In this document: one piece after another, positions 8,021 through 12,879 of the stretch | How the letters are laid out: each line of letters starts with the position of its first letter | Position numbering within the stretch: position 1 is the stretch's first letter | From: an uncultured bacterium | GTDB taxonomy: Bacteria; Macinerneyibacteriota; Macinerneyibacteria; Macinerneyibacteriales; DSCS01 | Length of the DNA stretch: 12,879 bases | Direction: 5' to 3' | Assembly (NCBI GenBank): GCA_964548195.1 | Contig: CAZJQC010000031.1 | Location: 1 to 12,879 of the forward strand | The notes under the pieces: generated by a model | The model's input: the letters and a program-made list of their open reading frames with translations, nothing else | What the model was told of the DNA's origin: nothing | Databases searched by the model: none | Program-made: the position numbers and the translations under genes

Positions 8021-8776
8021 ATGTTCAACATACTGAAAGTCAGAAAAAGACACGGTTATCAGGCCATACCGGACATAAAAAAAGCCGTGATACGCGAGCC
8101 TTACAGAGGGCTGCCGTCACTTGATGACAGCAGCTGCAGCGGCTGCGGAAAATGCGCCGAAATATGCCCGTCGGATGCGATCTCACTGAACCCTCTTTCA
8201 CTGGACATGGGCAGATGCATATTCTGCGGCGACTGCGCCGCCGTATGTCCGGAACAGTCAGTCACATTCACAAATCACCATAAGATCGCAGCCTCCGAGA
8301 GCTCCGCCCTTGTCATACATCCCGGCATAAGCCCGGAGGAATACCGGCGTGACGCGATGGCCTGCAACGCCGATATACACCGCCTTTTCGGACATTCGTT
8401 AAAACTCAGACAGGTGTCCGCCGGCGGATGCGGCGGATGCGAATGGGAACTGAACGCCTGCGGAAACGTGAACTTCGACATGGGCAGATTCGGCATAGAG
8501 CTCGTGGCGTCTCCGCGCCATGCGGACGGCCTGATCATAACAGGCCCCGTCACGGAAAATATGGCGGACGCGCTGGAAGATGCGTATATGTCAGTCCCTG
8601 AGCCAAAGATCGTGATACTCACGGGCGCGTGCGCAATAAGCGGAGGCATTTTCAGAGATGCGGCGGCCATCGATCGCGGATTTATGGACCGTCATCATAT
8701 TGACCTCTATATACCCGGCTGCCCCGCGCATCCGCTCACTATCATAAACGGCATACTCGACTTTCTGGGAGCCTGA
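8021..8776 (+). CDS. hyfI: Fused 2x[4Fe-4S] ferredoxin (HyfH/NuoI-like) and NuoB/HyfI-like small subunit (EhrS-type), 251 aa
   Basis: ATG at 8021 follows a GGGGGA RBS; the ORF-track TTG at 7979 overlaps the upstream gene. Ferredoxin motifs CSGCGKCAEICP and CIFCGDCAAVCP, then SAGGCGGCEWE, SPRHAD, GACAISGG and IPGCPAHP. Confidence 0.92.
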   Translation: MFNILKVRKRHGYQAIPDIKKAVIREPYRGLPSLDDSSCSGCGKCAEICPSDAISLNPLSLDMGRCIFCGDCAAVCPEQSVTFTNHHKIAASESSALVIHPGISPEEYRRDAMACNADIHRLFGHSLKLRQVSAGGCGGCEWELNACGNVNFDMGRFGIELVASPRHADGLIITGPVTENMADALEDAYMSVPEPKIVILTGACAISGGIFRDAAAIDRGFMDRHHIDLYIPGCPAHPLTIINGILDFLGA

Positions 8777-8864
8777 CCACCGGAAAACATCCGGAGATCC
8801 CTCTTTTTCAAAGGCCTTATGACGGCATAACAGTTTCGGCATTTATTACATGGGTCTTTCAGGG

Positions 8865-8901
8865 ACAATAAAATACCGCCATTTCGAAAGCCGGAAGGCG
8901 G
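8865..8901 (-). terminator. Probable terminator between the convergent Ehr operon and the small membrane gene
   Basis: Imperfect stem CCGCC-a-TTTCG…CGGAA-GGCGG (8876-8901), followed on the minus strand by TATTTTATTGT. Confidence 0.4.
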
Positions 8902-8967
8902 GCGTAAGAAAAATGTATAACAAAAGAACGTTAATATTAGGTACAGGCCGTGCGTCTTAATCAGGAG

Positions 8968-9186
8968 CTATTCGCGGGAAAACAAAAAATAAAGTCCCGC
9001 AAAGATAACGGTAAGCCCGAAGACAATGACCCCAAGCAGGGACAGCGATACATCCGCACCGAAAGGCGGCATGAAAACAGGCCGGAAACAGTGTACATAC
9101 CCGTCATCCCAAGGCGTCACTATAAAACATACGACGAATACCAGCGACAGATAGACCGTCGTGATTATCCGGCAGCTTTTCCTCAC
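8968..9186 (-). CDS. Small two-TM membrane protein, about 72 aa, unknown function
   Basis: GTG at 9186 is preceded by a GGGGGG RBS and a good promoter. Two hydrophobic segments (IITTVYLSLVFVVCFIV; LSLLGVIVFGLTVIFAGLYFLF) surround a PW…FRPVFMPP loop. Confidence 0.65.
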   Translation of the reverse strand: MRKSCRIITTVYLSLVFVVCFIVTPWDDGYVHCFRPVFMPPFGADVSLSLLGVIVFGLTVIFAGLYFLFSRE

Positions 9187-9207
9187 ACAAAACCCCCCGT
9201 TCAGTAC

Positions 9208-9240
9208 ATCATAGCATGCTATCAAAAATATTCAATATTT
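9208..9240 (-). promoter_or_regulatory. Extended -10 sigma70 promoter of the small membrane gene, overlapped by two palindromes
   Basis: Minus strand: TTGAAT (9235-9230), 16-bp spacer, TGc-TATGAT (9213-9208). Palindromes ATAGCATGCTAT (9211-9222) and AAATATT-C-AATATTT (9226-9240). Confidence 0.6.
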
Positions 9241-9403
9241 GATTTTGTAGTTTCATTACCTGATGAAAAACGACCCCGCCCCTGCCACTCCTTACGGCCG
9301 GCATTGTCCGGAAACACGTCGTGTTCCATAAGTTCTCCATGAGCTGTTACGCTACCGTAAAATATTATGCTCCCAAACTACGCTTTGCAAAGACGGCGGC
9401 CCG

Positions 9404-9440
9404 CATGCATGGCCGCGATTATCATGCGGCCATGGACATG
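9404..9440. repeat. Intergenic inverted repeat
   Basis: CATGGCCGC (9408-9416) and GCGGCCATG (9426-9434) are perfect 9-bp arms, extendable by CATG/CATG across a 2-nt bulge. Confidence 0.7.
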
Positions 9441-9466
9441 AAACTATCCTAAAATTCAGCCACAGC

Positions 9467-9494
9467 TTGCCGTAAATATCTTTTGTGTTATATT
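9467..9494 (+). promoter_or_regulatory. Extended -10 sigma70 promoter of lipoprotein B
   Basis: TTGCCG (9467-9472), 16-bp spacer, TGt-TATATT (9489-9494). Strong RBS AAGGAGGAG before ATG 9529. Confidence 0.55.
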
Positions 9495-9528
9495 ACGTTT
9501 ACTGGTTTTAACTTTAAAGGAGGAGATA

Positions 9529-10005
9529 ATGAAATTGAAAAATCTGGCACTGATTGTTATTGCAGCTTTCGTTCTCTTTTCATGCGAGTCACAGATGGGC
9601 AGCATAAAAAAAGAGAAGATCAAAGGAGACGAAATATTCAGGTTGGAGATCAATAAAGCCTTCCCCGGCGCTGAGACTCTGGCCGGTGAGCTTCTGGACC
9701 TGGGTTATAAGTTCAACCCGGAAGAAGACTGGTTCGGACCTGAGGCAACATCCGTATGGGTTATCGGAATCGGCTCGGATGTGGATGTCTACACGGCACA
9801 GGTGATCATCAAACTCTGTAATAAATACGCCAATGGCAATATTCATGTGGTCGTCAGTAAAAAGGAAAATTTTGACGATAAAAACCGTATCTATATCGGG
9901 TCTTTATATCCTTATGAAGACGTCAAACCCATCGACCCAAATACCGTAAAGATGTTTATGGACAAAAATCTGACTCAGGAGCAGTTTAAAGCAATGGCTC
10001 AATAA
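9529..10005 (+). CDS. Putative lipoprotein B, 158 aa, unknown function (paralog of 196-672)
   Basis: Strong RBS and lipoprotein signal MKLKNLALIVIAAFVLFS-C19. Shares INKAFPGA, DWFGPE, VDVYTAQ, YANGNI and RIYxG with lipoprotein A. Confidence 0.9.
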   Translation: MKLKNLALIVIAAFVLFSCESQMGSIKKEKIKGDEIFRLEINKAFPGAETLAGELLDLGYKFNPEEDWFGPEATSVWVIGIGSDVDVYTAQVIIKLCNKYANGNIHVVVSKKENFDDKNRIYIGSLYPYEDVKPIDPNTVKMFMDKNLTQEQFKAMAQ

Positions 10006-10010
10006 TACCT

Positions 10011-10040
10011 GGGGGGGGGTGCCCCCCCTTTTTTTGTTTT
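10011..10040 (+). terminator. Rho-independent terminator after lipoprotein B
   Basis: G9-T-G-C7 (G7:C7 stem) followed by TTTTTTTGTTTT, starting 5 nt after the stop and lying between convergent genes. Confidence 0.85.
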
Positions 10041-10066
10041 ATTGTATTTTTGAACAGACAATACTG

Positions 10067-10588
10067 TCACAACGGTATCACGTAATTCTCAATGTTGAGT
10101 ACCCTGCCGTCTGCGGTGGTCTGCGTCTCGCAGCCCGCGCATCTGCCGCCCAAGGACACCGGTATCCTTTTACTGCGATAATTGTCCCTGTCCACGGGGT
10201 AAAGCAGCTCCCTGGCACTGGTGTTTTCTTTTGCCCACCTGTACAGTCCATATATGGCTTCCATCCCGTACCCCTCCCCGTGGGCCTCCTCTTTCACCCA
10301 GATGCCAAGTTCCGGCATCTCATCCTGCAACCCGTGCAGACCGGCACAGCCGTAAAACTCGCCGGTCTTCCTGTCCAGTATGGTCACCTGCAGTTCACGT
10401 CCTTCTGCCACTTTTTTCAAAGCGCCGTTGATAAAAGCCTCGGTCTCTGAAATATCCTTTGCCGGATGCGGATACATATACCGCGTTACGGCCGGCGTGA
10501 AATGGATGAATATATTATGCGTATCATCCTTTGAGGTGACCCGCATTTTCAGCCTGTCAGTGATAATCTCAGTGTTTTTCAGATCCAT
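10067..10588 (-). CDS. GNAT-family N-acetyltransferase, RimJ/RimL (Acetyltransf_3) type, about 173 aa
   Basis: GGAGG RBS then ATG at 10588. N-terminal IITDRLKMR, acetyl-CoA motif A ELGIWVKEEAHGEGYGMEA and motif B VDRDNYRSKRIPVSLGG. Confidence 0.9.
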   Translation of the reverse strand: MDLKNTEIITDRLKMRVTSKDDTHNIFIHFTPAVTRYMYPHPAKDISETEAFINGALKKVAEGRELQVTILDRKTGEFYGCAGLHGLQDEMPELGIWVKEEAHGEGYGMEAIYGLYRWAKENTSARELLYPVDRDNYRSKRIPVSLGGRCAGCETQTTADGRVLNIENYVIPL

Positions 10589-10691
10589 GGTCAACCTCCG
10601 ATATAATTATATATCACTTTTACGACATTAAAAGCAATACTGCAGATTACTTATATTGCTTCTACAGCCATGTTCTCAAAGGTCCTTTGCC

Positions 10692-10738
10692 TTGATAACC
10701 TCATCTTTCCTTTCTATACTTTAATATCTCCAGGGAGG
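10692..10738 (+). promoter_or_regulatory. Sigma70 promoter and RBS of the 579-aa gene
   Basis: TTGATA (10692-10697), 17-bp spacer, TATACT (10715-10720). RBS GGGAGG at 10733-10738. Confidence 0.65.
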
Positions 10739-10743
10739 TCACT

Positions 10744-12483
10744 ATGAAACCTTTTTTCAAGTATGTTTACCTGATATCCGTATTTATTATAGCCTTGACG
10801 TCCCCCATACTGGGGGAAGGCTGCCCCGACTGTAAAAGAAAAGCTGTCGTGGGAAAATGTGAAAACCTCGCGCTCCCCGATGATTTTAATGAACGGGCAA
10901 AAGAATGGTACGACTGCATGACAACCCAGATGGGCTATTCGCCCGGCGAAGAATGGTTTGCCACAGAAGACAACATGGCCGCATACGATGCCGCAAAGGA
11001 ATCCTGCAAAGCCCTTGAACCCGATTACGGCAGAAAATTCTCGGAAGCAGACGGGGAATTTATAAGATCCGTGCTTGAAGCGGCTCTGGTCACAAACTTC
11101 AGGACCGAGCGCTTCAGATTAATCTCTTTTTCTCAGCCTTCAGCAGGAACAGATCCCGGTTCATCGGAACCGGAATACATATTTGAGGCGACATATGACT
11201 GCGCGCGTATTCCCAATGTCGACATCGTCGACAAACAGGAAAGCTACCCTTCAGTGCTGACGTTAAAGATGTACCACAACGGTGATAAAAAAGAACTCAT
11301 AAAAGAATGGAGTGCAGAATCGCCAAACCATGAACTGGACCCTCTTGTAGATAGACTGATATATAATGACGATGCCCCTGTACGGATCGATGCGCCGCTC
11401 ATAAACCTTACTGACAGATTCGAGAGTATGCCCGCCAGCTGTACAATACAGCCTGAAAAAGAGACATGCTCATACAACACAAAGATGACGATAACCATAA
11501 AAGATCTCAGGGACGCTTTCGGGAAAAAATCCCGGGAGTTCTGCAGAATAGCCGTGGCCGTAAAAGAGGGCAGGATATTAAACGGCGCGACCCCCCGGGG
11601 CGTCAACGAGGGAAAGATCGCGGTCTTTCAGGTAGGCGGAGGAAATGTGGAAGTGGAATACGAAGCCCCGGACACATCACTTAAGGACAGCGAGACCGTG
11701 ACGGTATACCATTGCCACGATGTGTCAAAACTCGCAGCTGTCCCCTTGGCGCGGACCGCGATATCGAAGAAAACTCTCTCGGAAAAGGAGATACCCTTTT
11801 CACTGCCCGGCGTCACCGCCATCATAAAGATAACCTATAAGGCCTCTAAAAAAGAGAACCGGGTCACCGAAAACAAGAAAAGAATCAACGCTGACTGGAA
11901 CGAGGAAAAACACGCGGAAGTGATGTACACATTCTATAAAGAGCCCCGCGAATCAAGGAGCTTCGACCCTTCAACGGGGAAGATACATGTTACAAGATAC
12001 AGATATATGATAAAAGACGTTACAATACTCTCCGCCGGCAGTTCCGGCAGCGGCAGCAGTACGTCTGATTCCGACAATCCCAAAACACATGTCGAGGCCC
12101 AATCGAATTATACCGGGACCTACTCCGAACTGGAACTTGAAAGCGCCGAAAAAAGACTGACTCTCGACGTGGACCCTGAGACCGGAAAAATACACAGGGC
12201 TGTCTTCCCGCAGGCCCTGATACACGGACATATCACAGGCATGACGACCGGCGTGCAGATCATAGGCGGCAACACTTATGACATGGGAAGCGAACGGGAC
12301 GAAGACGATACACTGACAGTCTCTCAGAATTACGGCGATTATGACGCGGACGACCCCTACTCGGTAACAGACGGCGACGGAAAGACCATACTGAAAGGGG
12401 GACTGGACTCGGTAAAGAAAGAAAAGTACGGCCAAAAAGAATATGCATCCTCATGGACGGTGATCATCACACCGGAACAGTAG
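10744..12483 (+). CDS. Secreted, Cys-rich hypothetical protein (579 aa)
   Basis: Long ORF with promoter and RBS. Signal-peptide-like MKPFFKYVYLISVFIIALTSPILG. Ten Cys, all in the first ~330 aa. Beta-rich C-terminal half with a Ser/Gly tract. Confidence 0.85.
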   Translation: MKPFFKYVYLISVFIIALTSPILGEGCPDCKRKAVVGKCENLALPDDFNERAKEWYDCMTTQMGYSPGEEWFATEDNMAAYDAAKESCKALEPDYGRKFSEADGEFIRSVLEAALVTNFRTERFRLISFSQPSAGTDPGSSEPEYIFEATYDCARIPNVDIVDKQESYPSVLTLKMYHNGDKKELIKEWSAESPNHELDPLVDRLIYNDDAPVRIDAPLINLTDRFESMPASCTIQPEKETCSYNTKMTITIKDLRDAFGKKSREFCRIAVAVKEGRILNGATPRGVNEGKIAVFQVGGGNVEVEYEAPDTSLKDSETVTVYHCHDVSKLAAVPLARTAISKKTLSEKEIPFSLPGVTAIIKITYKASKKENRVTENKKRINADWNEEKHAEVMYTFYKEPRESRSFDPSTGKIHVTRYRYMIKDVTILSAGSSGSGSSTSDSDNPKTHVEAQSNYTGTYSELELESAEKRLTLDVDPETGKIHRAVFPQALIHGHITGMTTGVQIIGGNTYDMGSERDEDDTLTVSQNYGDYDADDPYSVTDGDGKTILKGGLDSVKKEKYGQKEYASSWTVIITPEQ

Positions 12484-12486
12484 CCG

Positions 12487-12502
12487 CTCCGGCATGCCGG
12501 AG
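12487..12502. repeat. Perfect 16-bp palindrome between convergent stop codons (possible bidirectional pause or terminator stem)
   Basis: CTCCGGCATGCCGGAG lies in the 28-nt gap between the stops at 12483 and 12512. There is no clear U-tract. Confidence 0.6.
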
Positions 12503-12511
12503 GCGCAAACT

Positions 12512-12769
12512 TCAGACGGCCGATGCGTCCTGTTTTTGGGGCGCGCCCGCGAGGTCTGCTCCGCAGTTCCTGCATCTGACCGCGCGGGGTACTGTCACGC
12601 CGCCGCATAACGGGCATTTCGGATTCATGTTCGGGCCGACAGCGATGATCAGCCACCCCAAAGGCCCAAGCAATAAACCGAAAAGAAAACCGGCAATGCG
12701 GCGTCCCTTGCTCTCACCGATCGCAATACCGATCAACGCGCCTATAATGGCCCACAGTAATATCTCCAC
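12512..12769 (-). CDS. Small membrane protein with a C-terminal zinc ribbon, about 85 aa
   Basis: GTG at 12769 follows an AGGGGG RBS. Hydrophobic ILLWAIIGALIGIAIG, then KGR, FLFGLLLGPLGWLIIAV and the zinc-ribbon pattern KCPLCG-x9-CRNCGADL. Confidence 0.8.
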   Translation of the reverse strand: MEILLWAIIGALIGIAIGESKGRRIAGFLFGLLLGPLGWLIIAVGPNMNPKCPLCGGVTVPRAVRCRNCGADLAGAPQKQDASAV

Positions 12770-12851
12770 GCTTTCCCCCTTTTTATCGTCCAATACCCGA
12801 TCCCAACACTTTATAAAAAAAACAATATGCCATACGCACATACCGAAAGTT

Positions 12852-12879
12852 AATTTAACATAATCAAAGTCATTGTCAA
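12852..12879 (-). promoter_or_regulatory. Sigma70 promoter of the zinc-ribbon gene
   Basis: Minus strand: perfect TTGACA (12879-12874), 16-bp spacer, TGt-TAAATT (12857-12852). Confidence 0.6.

Noticed and set aside
8950..9342. 130-aa plus-strand ORF
   Set aside because: No convincing RBS or protein-like features. It overlaps the better-supported minus-strand membrane gene and its promoter.
10019..10450. 143-aa plus-strand ORF
   Set aside because: It starts inside a terminator and is antisense to the GNAT gene.
10601..10612. Palindrome ATATAATTATAT giving TATAAT on both strands
   Set aside because: A low-complexity AT palindrome. It is probably just the -10 region of the GNAT gene, and no well-spaced -35 is present on the + strand.
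10744..12483. Cytochrome c or thioredoxin call from CPDC and HCH
   Set aside because: There is no CxxCH heme motif (CPDCK), and CPDC sits at the mature N-terminus without a thioredoxin-fold context.
12453..12863. 136-aa plus-strand ORF
   Set aside because: Antisense to the zinc-ribbon membrane gene, which has the RBS, promoter and motif support.
1..12879. CRISPR arrays, tRNA/rRNA genes, IS elements
   Set aside because: No regularly spaced repeats, cloverleaf or rRNA-like sequence, transposase ORF or terminal inverted repeats were seen on manual reading.

Overview
This bacterial window is dominated by a tightly coupled seven-gene operon (878-8776). It starts with an excisionase-type HTH/PTS EIIA fusion, followed by HyfB-, HyfC-, HyfE- and HyfF-like membrane subunits, a fused NuoCD/HyfG-like large subunit and a fused 2x[4Fe-4S]/NuoB-like small subunit. 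The large subunit lacks both NiFe-binding CxxC motifs, so this is an energy-converting hydrogenase-related (Ehr-type) complex and not a true hydrogenase. No hyp genes or electron-input module lie in the window. Between the putative operon promoter and the first gene is a ~70-nt leader with a terminator-like hairpin, a mutually exclusive alternative hairpin and an anti-SD hexamer, making it a candidate attenuator or riboswitch. Two co-oriented, ungapped 158-aa lipoprotein paralogs (about 45% identical by hand count) bracket the operon. The window also holds a small two-TM protein, a RimJ/RimL-type GNAT acetyltransferase, a secreted Cys-rich 579-aa protein and a small membrane zinc-ribbon protein. 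The LFSC lipoboxes are compatible with a spirochaete-like host, but that is inference only. All calls come from manual motif reading; no searches were run.
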